64,000 nt of DNA from Acholeplasmataceae bacterium (GTDB lineage Bacteria; Bacillota_I; Bacilli_A; Acholeplasmatales; Acholeplasmataceae). Numbering within the stretch: the first letter of the stretch is position 1; the number at the start of each line of letters is the position of its first letter. A model generated the notes under the pieces. It had not been told where the DNA came from, did no database searches, and saw only the letters and a list, made by a program, of their open reading frames with translations. Location of the stretch: positions 1,184,001 to 1,248,000 of the forward strand of contig OY775910.1 in the NCBI GenBank assembly GCA_963675245.1, read 5' to 3'. Positions 38,350 to 49,128 of this stretch are shown in pieces. Both the position numbers and the translations under genes were made by a program.

Positions 38350-40142
38350 TATTCATCACTCCTCAATAACATGTAAGAATCGTATGGTTCTAATGTTATT
38401 TTATCATGAATGATGTGTTTTTCTTTTGTTATTAAATTAATATATGTGCCTTGTAAATCAGAAGGGATTAATAAATCATATGCGTTTTCTTGATTTAAGA
38501 TGATGAGTATATCTGAAGTTTCATCTGTTTTTCGATAAGCTAGAATATCACCAGATAAGAAATTGTAATCTGCTTGATGAAGCGCTCTATAGGTTTTTCT
38601 TAAGGAAATTAACGTGTTAATGAAAGATTTAAAATCATGATCCCATTGGGATTCATCCCAAATCATACAACGTCGATTATCAGGATCTTGTTCACCCGTC
38701 ATACCAATTTCATCACCATAGTAAACGGAAGGTGTGCCAAGAGATGAAAACATCCAAATGAAGGCTTGTTTTTCTCTTTTAACATCATCCTTTAAACGTC
38801 TTTTAATACGTACTTGATCATGTGTACCAACAAGGTTATACATATTCTCTAAAATGTTTTTAGGTGTATGTGATAAATAGTCTTGAATGCGGTCTCTAAA
38901 ATCAGAAACACTTATTTTATGTTCTAAAAATTTCCAGACATGATGAATTAAATCATAGTTCATCACAGCATCCATCTGATCACCTTGAAGCCAAGGCATC
39001 GCGTAATCCATGTTTTCACCTAAAACAAACACATCATCATTAATACCTTTAACAGTGTCCATGATTTGTCTTAAGAAGCGATGACTAATCTCATTAGAAA
39101 CATCTAATCTCCAACCATCAACACCTAGTTTAGTCCAGTAAGCAATCGCGCCAAGAAGATATTCCTGAGTTTTTGGACTTGCAGTGTTCCATTTAGGCAT
39201 ATGTGCACTATAACCAAAAGATTTAAAATGAGGTCTTAAAGCGAACTTATAGTTAGGTCTACCGTTTTTATCCAGTTCAAAGTTAGCTACCGGATATTGA
39301 TCAATATAAAAACACTCTCTATAAGGACTTTGTTCACCATTTTTAACGACATCTAAAAACCATGGGTGCATATAATCAGCATGATTAAACACACCATCAA
39401 TCATGATTTTAATACCTCTTGCATGTGCTTGTTCAATGAGCACTTTAAAATCTTCGGTTGTGCCAATTAATGGATCAATCTTGTAATAATCAATGGTGTC
39501 ATATTTATGTGCAGACGGTGATTCGAAAATTGGATTTAAATAAATACCTGAAAACCCCATATCCTTAATATAATCCAACTGATCGATAATCCCTTTTAAA
39601 TTACCACCATATAATTCATGATTGTTGACGGGTAATTTACCCCACTTCAATTTAGAAGGACTATCAATACGGTTAAAACGATCAGGAAATATTTGATACC
39701 AAATGGTTTCTTTTACCCAGGAAGGCGCTTTATTATTATCCTCTCTATGGATAAATGGATAATTGAAGTATTCTGATAAATCGTATGCACCATATAAATC
39801 ATCTTTGCCGGATAACAAATAACATCCGGCTGTACCGAAAAAGAAGAGGTCTTCACCTTTCTTAAGTGTAAAAGCATATTTGGAACGTAAATCTTTAGGT
39901 TTGATCGCGATAAAATAGTAGTCAAATACACTCGTTTTATAGCGTGCTGACATAGGTTTAATATCATGACTCCAAACGATGGTTTTATCATCATTTTTCT
40001 TCCAATCGAAAGGGTCACCATAGATAATGTTCACCGCATCCCAATCGTCATGTGCAGTTCGAAGAAGGATGTGAAGTGTTTCGTTGTCGTAGGCGTAAGC
40101 ATATTCTGATTTTGCTTGATGCCAAATTGCTGAAATATTCAT
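38349..40142 (-). CDS. neopullulanase/cyclomaltodextrinase (GH13_20-like with CBM34)
   Basis: WYQIFPDRF, HKYDT, DGVFNH, MPKWN, DGWRLDVSNE, GTHD; start moved to ATG 40142. Confidence 0.92.
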   Translation of the reverse strand: MNISAIWHQAKSEYAYAYDNETLHILLRTAHDDWDAVNIIYGDPFDWKKNDDKTIVWSHDIKPMSARYKTSVFDYYFIAIKPKDLRSKYAFTLKKGEDLFFFGTAGCYLLSGKDDLYGAYDLSEYFNYPFIHREDNNKAPSWVKETIWYQIFPDRFNRIDSPSKLKWGKLPVNNHELYGGNLKGIIDQLDYIKDMGFSGIYLNPIFESPSAHKYDTIDYYKIDPLIGTTEDFKVLIEQAHARGIKIMIDGVFNHADYMHPWFLDVVKNGEQSPYRECFYIDQYPVANFELDKNGRPNYKFALRPHFKSFGYSAHMPKWNTASPKTQEYLLGAIAYWTKLGVDGWRLDVSNEISHRFLRQIMDTVKGINDDVFVLGENMDYAMPWLQGDQMDAVMNYDLIHHVWKFLEHKISVSDFRDRIQDYLSHTPKNILENMYNLVGTHDQVRIKRRLKDDVKREKQAFIWMFSSLGTPSVYYGDEIGMTGEQDPDNRRCMIWDESQWDHDFKSFINTLISLRKTYRALHQADYNFLSGDILAYRKTDETSDILIILNQENAYDLLIPSDLQGTYINLITKEKHIIHDKITLEPYDSYMLLRSDE

Positions 40143-40158
40143 AGTTATCACCAGTCTA

Positions 40159-40224
40159 ATTATAGCATATTGCAAAATATGAAACCGCTAACATCATTTT
40201 ATTAATCGAATACTATGATAAAAT
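40159..40224. promoter_or_regulatory. divergent promoters with central cre/LacI-like operator
   Basis: Minus TGCTATAAT (40159-40167); TGAAACCGCTAACA (40180-40193) matches TGWAANCGNTNWCA; plus TGATAAAAT (40216-40224). Confidence 0.7.
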
Positions 40225-40249
40225 ATTTACATAGTAAAAGGAGCATTTT

Positions 40250-41947
40250 ATGGTCAAAAAATGGTGGATGGAAAGTGTTGGTTATCAGATTTATCCGAAA
40301 AGCTTCTTTGACAGTAATGAAGATGGCATCGGTGATCTAAATGGTATTACTGAAAAGTTGTCATATTTACAATATTTAGGTATCAATCTGATCTGGATTG
40401 GCCCTTTTTATGACTCTCCAATGGATGACAATGGTTATGATGTCAGAGACTTTTATAAAGTCGATCAAACGTTTGGTACGATTGAAGACGCGAAAAGACT
40501 TATCGATGAAGCGCATAAATTGGGCATTAAGGTTATTTTAGATTATGTGTTAAACCATACATCTGATGAACATGAATGGTTTATTGAATCAAGAAAGAAT
40601 AAAGAAAATCCATATCGTGATTATTATATTTGGCACGATGGGAAAATCGTCAATGACAAACGCGTTGAACCAACCAATTGGGGATCGTTTTTTGGTGGTA
40701 GTGCGTGGTGTTATGATGAGCAAAGTGATAGTTATTACATGAAGATTTTTTCTGATAAAATGCCAGATCTCAATTGGGCAAACCCAATCGTTCGTGAAGA
40801 AATGATTAAGGTTGGACAATTTTGGTTGGACTTAGGTGCAGATGGCTTTAGAATTGATGCGGTATCACACTTAGATCGTGCACCTTTTATCGATATAAAT
40901 GACGATCAACACAAATATCCACTCGATTGGCATAAATTCTCAAATTTGCCTAAAGTACATACGTATTTAAAAGAGCTTAATGATAAACTTTTTAAACCAA
41001 ATCACATATTAACCATTGGTGAAGTTGGCGGAGAAGCAACCATTGAAAATGCGTTAAAATATGCGAGCTTCGAATCTAATGAAATGAATATGGTCTTTAA
41101 TTTTGATCACAACTGGTGTAACAATCTAAACGACGTAATGAATCCAAAAAAATTAAAAGTCGATGTGATAAACTTACGTTCTGTTTTCAAAAAGTGGCAT
41201 GACGCATTCGATGATAAAGGATGGTTACCGCTCAATTGGTTAAATCATGATCAACCGCGTTTAATTTCTCACTATGGACATTACAAATATAAAGTCGCCT
41301 CTGGCAAAATGCTAGCAACCGTCATTCACATGATGAGAGGAACACCTTTTATTTATCAAGGTGAAGAGATCGGGATGACCAATTATCCTTTTGAAGATGT
41401 CACTGACTTTAATGATCAATCATCGGTCGCGAACTATTATTATCAATTAGAGCATGTAACAGACGATCCGGTTTATGCGCTTAAAAAAGCGAGTTTAAAT
41501 TCACGAGATAACGGTAGAACACCGATGCAATGGGATGCTTCATATGCTGCTGGATTTACAAAAGGTGATCCTTGGTTTCATATCAACCCAAACTATAAAA
41601 AGATAAATGTTGAACAAAATATCCAACATGAAGATTCACTATTTCATCATTATCAAAAACTTATTCAACTAAGAAGAGAAAGTGACTATCATGATTTGAT
41701 TACTTATGGTACAATGACATTCATGGATCTTGATAATGCAGATTTATTAACTTATGAAAGATCATTAGATCATCGAAGATTATTAATTATTAATTCATTT
41801 TCAAAAGATAAAAAAACATATGATTTATCAGCCTATGATTGGGTATCAGTTGTATTAAACAACTATAAGAAAACACTGATTAAAGATAAAACAATTTATC
41901 TAAAACCATTTGAATCAGTTGTTTTGGAAGTTAAGGTGAAATTATGA
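40250..41947 (+). CDS. oligo-1,6-glucosidase / alpha-glucosidase (GH13_31-like)
   Basis: YQIYPKSF.DSN.DG.GD, DNGYD, NWGSFFGGSAW, FRIDAV, NHDQPR, SRDNGRTPMQW. Confidence 0.92.
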   Translation: MVKKWWMESVGYQIYPKSFFDSNEDGIGDLNGITEKLSYLQYLGINLIWIGPFYDSPMDDNGYDVRDFYKVDQTFGTIEDAKRLIDEAHKLGIKVILDYVLNHTSDEHEWFIESRKNKENPYRDYYIWHDGKIVNDKRVEPTNWGSFFGGSAWCYDEQSDSYYMKIFSDKMPDLNWANPIVREEMIKVGQFWLDLGADGFRIDAVSHLDRAPFIDINDDQHKYPLDWHKFSNLPKVHTYLKELNDKLFKPNHILTIGEVGGEATIENALKYASFESNEMNMVFNFDHNWCNNLNDVMNPKKLKVDVINLRSVFKKWHDAFDDKGWLPLNWLNHDQPRLISHYGHYKYKVASGKMLATVIHMMRGTPFIYQGEEIGMTNYPFEDVTDFNDQSSVANYYYQLEHVTDDPVYALKKASLNSRDNGRTPMQWDASYAAGFTKGDPWFHINPNYKKINVEQNIQHEDSLFHHYQKLIQLRRESDYHDLITYGTMTFMDLDNADLLTYERSLDHRRLLIINSFSKDKKTYDLSAYDWVSVVLNNYKKTLIKDKTIYLKPFESVVLEVKVKL

Positions 41948-43422
41948 GAAAAGCTGGCATATTAATGCACATATCAAGTTTACCAAGTCCTTATGGTATT
42001 GGCTCATATGGACAGGTTGCATTTGAGTTTGTTGATTTCTTACATGCTTCTGGTCAAACATGCTGGCAACTATTACCACTCGGTCCAACGTCTTATGGTG
42101 ATTCACCATACCAGACGTTTTCTGCATTCGCAAATAACCCCTATTTCATTGACTTAGATCTTCTAATTGAACAAGGATTATTAAGAAAGAATGAAGCGCG
42201 TACCTCAGGTGACAACCCGCTTTATGTTGATTATGAATCACTCTATAAAGATCGCTTTAGAGTGCTAAAAAAAGCTTTTTTAAGGTTTGATCAAAGTGAT
42301 GAATTATATCAACAATTTTTAAGAGATGAAGCACAATGGCTTGACGATTATGCTTTATTCATGTCGATTAAGCATGCCCATGGTGGTGATTCATGGTTAT
42401 ATTGGGGAGACGCAATTAGACTAAAAGAACCGCAAGTCATTCGTAATTTACAAGAACAATTAAAGGAAGAAATCGAATTTCACAAATTCATGCAATTTGA
42501 AGCAGGTAAGCAATATCAAGCATTGAAGATATACGCGAATGCAAGAGGTATTTCTATTATTGGTGATATGCCTATTTATGTCTCATATGACTCATCAGAT
42601 GTTTGGGCACACCCCGACATGTTTGATTTAGACGAAAAGAATTTGCCGAATGAGGTTGCAGGTGTTCCACCTGATAATTATTCGAGTAATGGTCAACTAT
42701 GGGGAAACCCTCTTTATAAATGGGATGATATGAAAGCTAAAGGATATCAATGGTGGATTGAAAGAGTCAGACATTCTGCAAAACTATTTGATATGATTAG
42801 AATCGATCACTTCATTGGATTCGTTAATTATTTCGCGGTTAAATATGGCGAAAAGACAGCAGTTAATGGTGTTTGGCGAAAAGGACCTGGTGATGATTTG
42901 TTTGATGCGATCAAGTCACAAATCAAAGGGGTACACATTATCGCTGAAGATTTAGGTGTAGTCACTCCTCCAGTTAGAGCCGCATTAAAAAGAACTGGAT
43001 TCCCTGGTATGAAATTATTACAATTCGCATTTGATGCGAGAGAATCAAGTGAATACTTACCATATTTCTATGAAAGAAATGTGATTGCTTATACAGGTAC
43101 ACATGATAATATGACCACAAAGACGTGGTTTAAATCGCTTCCTAAAGAGGACCTATCTTTCTGCCTAAAGTATATTAATCACACATCTGGAAGTCGTGTA
43201 GATAGTTTAATAAAAGCGACATTGGCTTGCGTTGCTGATACAGCTATTATTCCTATACAGGATTATCTACATTTAGGTAAAGAAGCAAGAATGAATATAC
43301 CTTCAACTCTCGGTGGTAATTGGGTTTGGCGTGTTAACAAAGAGGATCTTACCGAATCACTATCGACTAAAATTAAATCATTTACCTGTCTATATGGTAG
43401 ATGTCAAGAAAATGTGAAATAG
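41944..43422 (+). CDS. malQ: 4-alpha-glucanotransferase (amylomaltase, GH77)
   Basis: GILMHISSLP, GDMPIYV, GQLWGNP, RIDHF, AEDLG, YTGTHDN. Confidence 0.96.
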   Translation: MRKAGILMHISSLPSPYGIGSYGQVAFEFVDFLHASGQTCWQLLPLGPTSYGDSPYQTFSAFANNPYFIDLDLLIEQGLLRKNEARTSGDNPLYVDYESLYKDRFRVLKKAFLRFDQSDELYQQFLRDEAQWLDDYALFMSIKHAHGGDSWLYWGDAIRLKEPQVIRNLQEQLKEEIEFHKFMQFEAGKQYQALKIYANARGISIIGDMPIYVSYDSSDVWAHPDMFDLDEKNLPNEVAGVPPDNYSSNGQLWGNPLYKWDDMKAKGYQWWIERVRHSAKLFDMIRIDHFIGFVNYFAVKYGEKTAVNGVWRKGPGDDLFDAIKSQIKGVHIIAEDLGVVTPPVRAALKRTGFPGMKLLQFAFDARESSEYLPYFYERNVIAYTGTHDNMTTKTWFKSLPKEDLSFCLKYINHTSGSRVDSLIKATLACVADTAIIPIQDYLHLGKEARMNIPSTLGGNWVWRVNKEDLTESLSTKIKSFTCLYGRCQENVK

Positions 43423-43452
43423 TTTGAAGTTCAAAAAATAAATTGATAAGCA

Positions 43453-43481
43453 TTGACAAAGTGTATAAAATAACTTATAAT
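43453..43481 (+). promoter_or_regulatory. consensus sigma-A promoter of acpP
   Basis: TTGACA-17 nt-TATAAT. Confidence 0.88.
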
Positions 43482-43511
43482 GTTACCGTTAAATTAAGGA
43501 GGAAACTAGAC

Positions 43512-43742
43512 ATGGTATTTGAGCGCATTAAAGCTATGATCAAAGAAGAACTAAATGTTCCAGAAGAAAAAATCACAATGGAAGCTAAGTTATCTGAAGA
43601 TCTTGGCGCAGACTCCATCGACGCTGTTGAATTAATTATGAACATTGAAGATGAATTCGAAGTCCAAGTGAGTGACGAGGAAGCGCAAAACATCAAGACT
43701 GTTGGTGACATCGTCAAGTTCGTAGAAAATTTAAAGAAATAA
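43512..43742 (+). CDS. acpP: acyl carrier protein
   Basis: DLGADSIDAVEL (phosphopantetheine Ser); start ATG 43512 after AAGGAGG. Confidence 0.95.
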   Translation: MVFERIKAMIKEELNVPEEKITMEAKLSEDLGADSIDAVELIMNIEDEFEVQVSDEEAQNIKTVGDIVKFVENLKK

Positions 43743-43797
43743 AAAAGAGAGTTTATAACCCTCTAAGAATTGAGTATCGCGATTGCGATACTTTTTT
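43741..43797. terminator. terminator hairpins between convergent acpP and galK
   Basis: AGTATCGC-GATT-GCGATACT-TTTTT at 43773-43797; weaker AAAAAAGAGAGTT-TAT-AACCCTCT at 43741-43764. Confidence 0.8.
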
Positions 43798-43799
43798 CT

Positions 43800-44951
43800 T
43801 TAAATTTTATGCGTACCATCGCTCGGATTTACTGAATAAAAAGATGGTTCATAGCCGATTTTATGTTTGTAAGTCTCCTTGACAGTATCAATGATTTTAT
43901 TTAAGTCTGTTTTATGAATAATAGAGACAATGCAACCACCAAAACCAGCTCCAGTCATTCTCGCGCCAATCGCTCCAGCTTTTAATGTTTCTTCAACAAG
44001 AACATCCAATTCATGCCCTGACACGTCGTAATCATCTCTTAATGATTGATGAGATTCGGTTAAATAATGTGCGAACTTTTCAATATCATTTGCACCTAGT
44101 GCTTCAGTTGACTTAATTGTCCTTACTTGTTCAGCCACACAATGTTTTGTGCGTTTATATAATATTGGATTTAACAATGGTTTAGATGCTGCTAATTGCA
44201 CTGGCGTTAAACTGCAAAGATCTGGAATTTGATAAATTGGTTTTAAGATGGCTAACGCATCTTGACACTCTTGATAACGTTCATTATATTTAGAATCAGT
44301 TAAACCTCTTTTTTTATTTGAATTAATTACGAGTAATTGATAATCACCAAAAAAGAGGGGAATATAATCAAAATCGAGTGTAGCTGTATTGAGCATAATG
44401 CCATAATCTTTTTTACCCGCTAAAACAGCGAATTGATCCATAATACCTGAATTAACACCAATAAACTTATTTTCTACTGCTTTCCCTAATAATGCTAATT
44501 CTTTTGTCGTGAGACTCAATTCAAACATTTCATTCAACATGACTAAGAGTAAAGACTCCACCGATGCAGAAGAAGAAAGGCCAGCACCTTCAGGCATATT
44601 ACCTTCAATATATAAATCAAATCCAAAACGTATTTGATGTTGATATAAGCTTAAAACGTATAGTACACCTTTTATGTAATTGACCCAGGATGCACTAGCA
44701 TCTTTGTTGAGTTCATTCATATCAAATTGATAAGGTGTTTCTGAAAAGCCATGAGAATAGACACGAACCAACGTATCTTTTCTTTGACCAATGATGCCAT
44801 AAGTGCCAAAAGATAATGCACATGGAAACACATAACCACCATTATAATCAATATGTTCACCAATGAGATTAACACGAGCAGGTGAGAAATAGGTTAAACC
44901 ATCATGTCTGTCATAAAGTATTTCAAATTGCTTTTTTAATTTTGTTTTCAT
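43800..44951 (-). CDS. galK: galactokinase
   Basis: RVNLIGEHIDYNGG, P.GAGLSSSAS, GIMDQ, GARMTGAGFGG. Confidence 0.96.
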   Translation of the reverse strand: MKTKLKKQFEILYDRHDGLTYFSPARVNLIGEHIDYNGGYVFPCALSFGTYGIIGQRKDTLVRVYSHGFSETPYQFDMNELNKDASASWVNYIKGVLYVLSLYQHQIRFGFDLYIEGNMPEGAGLSSSASVESLLLVMLNEMFELSLTTKELALLGKAVENKFIGVNSGIMDQFAVLAGKKDYGIMLNTATLDFDYIPLFFGDYQLLVINSNKKRGLTDSKYNERYQECQDALAILKPIYQIPDLCSLTPVQLAASKPLLNPILYKRTKHCVAEQVRTIKSTEALGANDIEKFAHYLTESHQSLRDDYDVSGHELDVLVEETLKAGAIGARMTGAGFGGCIVSIIHKTDLNKIIDTVKETYKHKIGYEPSFYSVNPSDGTHKI

Positions 44952-46408
44952 GCTAAAACCCCTTTAATGAATTGATCAAATGCTTGAATACCTATTTGGT
45001 CCAATTTAAAGACACCGCAATCAATTAATACATGTTCAAAAACATGACCGATCGCTTGATGTAGTTCATCATCTAAATGATTTAAATCAAGTGTATCTTT
45101 GATGGTATCAATCCAGGCTTGATGAATACTTGCTTGCTGACTCAATGGTTTTTGAAATGTGATGTAGTCTTTCACTTCATTTAATTCTGATATCAACCTT
45201 TTTGGTAATATAGCTAATCCCATGGCTTCAATTAAGCCGATATTTTCTTTTTTAATGTGCCACTTATCAGCATGTGGATGGAAGATACCCAAAGGGTGTT
45301 CCTCTGATGTTTGATTATCTCTTAATACAAGATCAAGTTCATAATAACCATCACGTTTTCTAGCAATTGGTGTTATTGTATGATGTCTTTCTTGGTTCGT
45401 ATGAGATTTAATGTTTAATGAATCGTTGTCATACGACAGCCAATGTGTTAAGAACTTATGTGCTAAACTCACAAGTTTTAGTTGATCATTACTGCATAAT
45501 CTAATCGTTGATAATGGCCAATTAAGCATGTCAACTCGAATATCATCGTACACATAAGATTGAAGTGTAGCCGCATCTTCAATGGGAAAACGATGTTTAC
45601 CTCCTTGATAATGATCATGCGTTAAAATAGAACCACCAACGATCGGTAGATCGGCATTTGAACCGAAGAAGTAATCTTCAAATAGATCCGTTAGTGAGAT
45701 TAGATTCGTAAATGTCATTTGATCAATGTGCATCGGACGATGTTCATCTGACAAGACAATAGCATGCTCGTTATAGTAAATATAAGGTGAGTATTGGAAA
45801 TACCAAGGTTCACCATTGAGATTAAATTTAATCAAACGATGTTGATCTCTAGAATCCCTTAATGCATGTCCACTAAACCCTTCATTTTCTTTGCATAATA
45901 CACATTTAGGGTAATCGGTATTTTTTTCATTTAATGCATTCGCGATTGATTGAGGATCTTTTTCAGGTTTTGATAAATTAATCGTGATTTGTAATACACC
46001 AAAAGAGGAATGATAAGTATAAGATTTATTTTTCATGATACGATCCATACGGATATAATTGAGTGATCGGGCATACTCATATAACCAGATCATCCGCTTA
46101 TCTTTGGCTAATTGATTAAATTTGAAATCAATAACCGATGGTAAGGCAGTGAAAACATTCATCAATTTCGCATCAAAAAGATCACGTGCTATGATTGATC
46201 CATCAAGTTTACCTGTTCGTTCTAATTGATCGAGAATGACATTTAAAGCATCTGATGGAAAGTTAATTAATTGTGGCTCAATGACGTCATTTGTAGGCGT
46301 TAAACCAATAAGATGATAGAGTTGATTTTTAACATAAATATAATCTCTATTGCTAATAACACCATGATGTATTTCATATTGAATTAAGTTTTCAATAGCC
46401 TGTTTCAT
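44948..46408 (-). CDS. galT: UDP-glucose--hexose-1-phosphate uridylyltransferase (Firmicutes type)
   Basis: TINLSKPEKDP, YPKC.LC.ENEG, SNADLPIVGGSIL.HDHYQGG, KKENIGLIEAMG. Confidence 0.95.
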   Translation of the reverse strand: MKQAIENLIQYEIHHGVISNRDYIYVKNQLYHLIGLTPTNDVIEPQLINFPSDALNVILDQLERTGKLDGSIIARDLFDAKLMNVFTALPSVIDFKFNQLAKDKRMIWLYEYARSLNYIRMDRIMKNKSYTYHSSFGVLQITINLSKPEKDPQSIANALNEKNTDYPKCVLCKENEGFSGHALRDSRDQHRLIKFNLNGEPWYFQYSPYIYYNEHAIVLSDEHRPMHIDQMTFTNLISLTDLFEDYFFGSNADLPIVGGSILTHDHYQGGKHRFPIEDAATLQSYVYDDIRVDMLNWPLSTIRLCSNDQLKLVSLAHKFLTHWLSYDNDSLNIKSHTNQERHHTITPIARKRDGYYELDLVLRDNQTSEEHPLGIFHPHADKWHIKKENIGLIEAMGLAILPKRLISELNEVKDYITFQKPLSQQASIHQAWIDTIKDTLDLNHLDDELHQAIGHVFEHVLIDCGVFKLDQIGIQAFDQFIKGVLA

Positions 46409-46569
46409 AACAATGCCTCTTTTACTTAGTTTAGGAAGTCAATTTCATTATATAGTGTTATTGTTAGTGATTTCAAGTGAGTTTCCTATATTAGGTATTT
46501 TAATACATGAATTGAATTGTATTATATACAATATTTCAGTATAATAGACCATATACGGAGGGCAGTATA

Positions 46570-48978
46570 ATGCATTACAACTATAAAAAAATTGAAACAA
46601 AATGGCAAGCCTATTGGTTAGAACATAAACTCTTTAAAACAAGCGACGATCGGTTCAAGGATAAATATTATGTCCTTGATATGTTTCCGTATCCTTCAGC
46701 AGCAGGTTTACATGTTGGACATATAGAAGGTTATACTGCAACAGATATCGTAAGCCGGTTTAAACGTATGCAAGGTTATAACGTGCTTCATCCTATGGGA
46801 TGGGACGCTTTTGGTCTTCCTGCTGAACAATATGCACTAGCTACTGGTAAAGACCCAAGAGAGTTTACATATCAAAATATTGACAATTTTAAACGTCAAA
46901 TTATAGCAGCTGGTAAAGGTATTGATTGGGATCGTGAATTTGCTACAGCTGATCCAATATACTTCAAATGGACACAATGGATTTTCAAGAAGATGTATGA
47001 AAAAGGTTTAGCAGTCTTAAAAGATGTTGAAGTCAATTGGTGTGAAGGATTAGGTACTGTACTTGCGAACGATGAAATCTTAGTCGAAAATGGCATGATG
47101 GTTTCTGAAAGAGGACATTATCCTGTTGTTAAAAAAGCGATGCGTCAATGGGTATTACGTATCACAGCTTATGCGGATCGTTTGTTAGACAGTTTAGATC
47201 GACTTGATTGGCCAGAAAATCTTAAAGAAATGCAACGCAATTGGATTGGAAAATCAACTGGGGCGATGATGACCTTTAAAGTCGATCAATCAAATGCATC
47301 TTTTGATGTCTTCACAACCAGACCTGATACGATTTATGGAGCAACTTATTGTGTACTTGCACCTGAACACCCACTGGTTCTTCATATTACATCTGATGAT
47401 GAACTAGCAAGTGTCAAAGATTATATTTATAAAACAAAACAAAAAACAGATATGGATCGTCAAACTGATAAAACGAAGACAGGTGTTTTTACCGGTTCTT
47501 ACGCGATAAATCCATTAAATCACAAAAAAGTACCAATCTGGATTGCAGATTATGTCTTACCGCATTATGGTACAGGTGCCGTGATGGCTGTTCCTGCACA
47601 TGATGATCGTGACTTTGAATTTGCTCAAACCTTTGGATTTGATATGATCGAAGTGGTTAAAGGTGATGCTGATGGTGCATATACGGGTGATGGTATTCAT
47701 TATAATTCAGGTATTATAGATGGTTTGAATAACGAGGATGCGAAAGATAAAATTATTCGTTTCCTAGAAGATACAAAACAAGGATATAAGCATGCAAACT
47801 ATCGCTTGCGTGATTGGGTATTCTCACGTCAACGTTATTGGGGAGAACCATTCCCTGTCGTTTTTGATGAACAAAATAACATTATGATACTTGATGATGA
47901 AGATCTACCATTAGAATTGCCGATACTTAAAAATATTAGACCAAGTGGAACAGGAGAATCACCACTTGCTAACGCACATGATTGGCTACACGTGAACTAT
48001 CACGGTAAAGATGTAAGACGTGAAACGAATACGATGCCACAGCTAGCTGGAAGCTCATGGTATTTCATTGGATATATATTAAAAAATCATTTATCCATCG
48101 TACCATTAGACAGTGATGAAGCAAAAACATTATTAGATAAATGGTTGCCAGTTGATTTATATATTGGTGGTACAGAACACGCAGTAGGTCATCTTCTTTA
48201 TGCAAGATTTTGGACAAAGTTCCTTCACGATATTGGTCTAACGTCTCATGAAGAACCATTTGCAAGACTATATAATCAAGGGATGATTTTAGGTGATGAT
48301 CATTCTAAAATGAGTAAGTCAAAAGGTAATGTCGTCAATCCTGATGATGTCATTGAATCTCATGGTGCTGATACCCTAAGATTATACGAAATGTTTATGG
48401 GACCTCTGGATGCTGATAAGCCATGGAACACAGATAGCTTAAATGGCGCTAAAAAATTCTTAGACCGTGTGTGGCGGATGTTTGAATTTCCGATTGAAAA
48501 AGACAATGTCAAAGAGTTAGCATTTAGTTACCATCAAACGATTAAAAAAGTAACGGAAGATTATGATAAACTCGCATTTAATACAGCGATTAGTCAAATG
48601 ATGATATTTGTGAATGATGTTTATAAAGTGGGACGGATAGGCCTTAAACAAGCACGAGGTTTATTAAAACTCCTAAATCCAATTTGTCCACACATCACAG
48701 AAGAATTAAACGATGTTTTCTTAAAACATAATGAACAACTCATCTATTCAGAATGGCCAACCTATGATGAAGAAAAACTTGTAGTTGATGAAGTTGAAAT
48801 TGTCGTGACTGTGAATGGTAAACTACGTGGTAAATTCCAAGCAGCAGCCGACGCACCTGAAGCAGACATTAAAGAAATCGCATTTGCACTTGATAATGTT
48901 TCTAAACATATTGAGGGTAAAACCATTCGAAAAGTGATTGTTATCCCTAATAAACTGGTTAACATTGTTGCTAACTAA
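46570..48978 (+). CDS. leuS: leucine--tRNA ligase
   Basis: MFPYPS..GLHVGH, editing domain FTTRPDT and [19 protein letters not shown]. Confidence 0.98.
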   Translation: MHYNYKKIETKWQAYWLEHKLFKTSDDRFKDKYYVLDMFPYPSAAGLHVGHIEGYTATDIVSRFKRMQGYNVLHPMGWDAFGLPAEQYALATGKDPREFTYQNIDNFKRQIIAAGKGIDWDREFATADPIYFKWTQWIFKKMYEKGLAVLKDVEVNWCEGLGTVLANDEILVENGMMVSERGHYPVVKKAMRQWVLRITAYADRLLDSLDRLDWPENLKEMQRNWIGKSTGAMMTFKVDQSNASFDVFTTRPDTIYGATYCVLAPEHPLVLHITSDDELASVKDYIYKTKQKTDMDRQTDKTKTGVFTGSYAINPLNHKKVPIWIADYVLPHYGTGAVMAVPAHDDRDFEFAQTFGFDMIEVVKGDADGAYTGDGIHYNSGIIDGLNNEDAKDKIIRFLEDTKQGYKHANYRLRDWVFSRQRYWGEPFPVVFDEQNNIMILDDEDLPLELPILKNIRPSGTGESPLANAHDWLHVNYHGKDVRRETNTMPQLAGSSWYFIGYILKNHLSIVPLDSDEAKTLLDKWLPVDLYIGGTEHAVGHLLYARFWTKFLHDIGLTSHEEPFARLYNQGMILGDDHSKMSKSKGNVVNPDDVIESHGADTLRLYEMFMGPLDADKPWNTDSLNGAKKFLDRVWRMFEFPIEKDNVKELAFSYHQTIKKVTEDYDKLAFNTAISQMMIFVNDVYKVGRIGLKQARGLLKLLNPICPHITEELNDVFLKHNEQLIYSEWPTYDEEKLVVDEVEIVVTVNGKLRGKFQAAADAPEADIKEIAFALDNVSKHIEGKTIRKVIVIPNKLVNIVAN

Positions 48979-48982
48979 AAAC

Positions 48983-49021
48983 AAAAGGGTTATACTCATA
49001 ATTAAGAGTGTAATCCTTTTT
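48983..49021 (+). terminator. intrinsic terminator
   Basis: AAAAGGGTTATACTC-ATAATTAA-GAGTGTAATCCTTTTT (with G-U pairs). Confidence 0.82.
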
Positions 49022-49080
49022 ATTATCAAATAAATGACGCATTTAGATACCTAGCATATGAACACTTTTAACAAAAAAGT

Positions 49081-49116
49081 ACCAATAAAAACCTACCTTT
49101 GATTGTATGGTAAGTG
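49081..49116 (+). promoter_or_regulatory. candidate ECF sigma promoter, copy 1
   Basis: ACCAATAAAA-N12-TTGTAT-G-GTAAGTG, same elements and spacing as 50706-50741. Confidence 0.7.
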
Positions 49117-49128
49117 TAAGGGATTATT

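Noticed and set aside
43800..46408. galKT without galE as a broken pathway
   Set aside because: Both genes look intact and galE is often unlinked; cannot be judged from one window
46409..46569. Expected Leu T-box upstream of leuS
   Set aside because: No GGTGGTACCGCG-like box or terminator; a promoter-like TTGTAT-17-TATAAT sits close to the start codon
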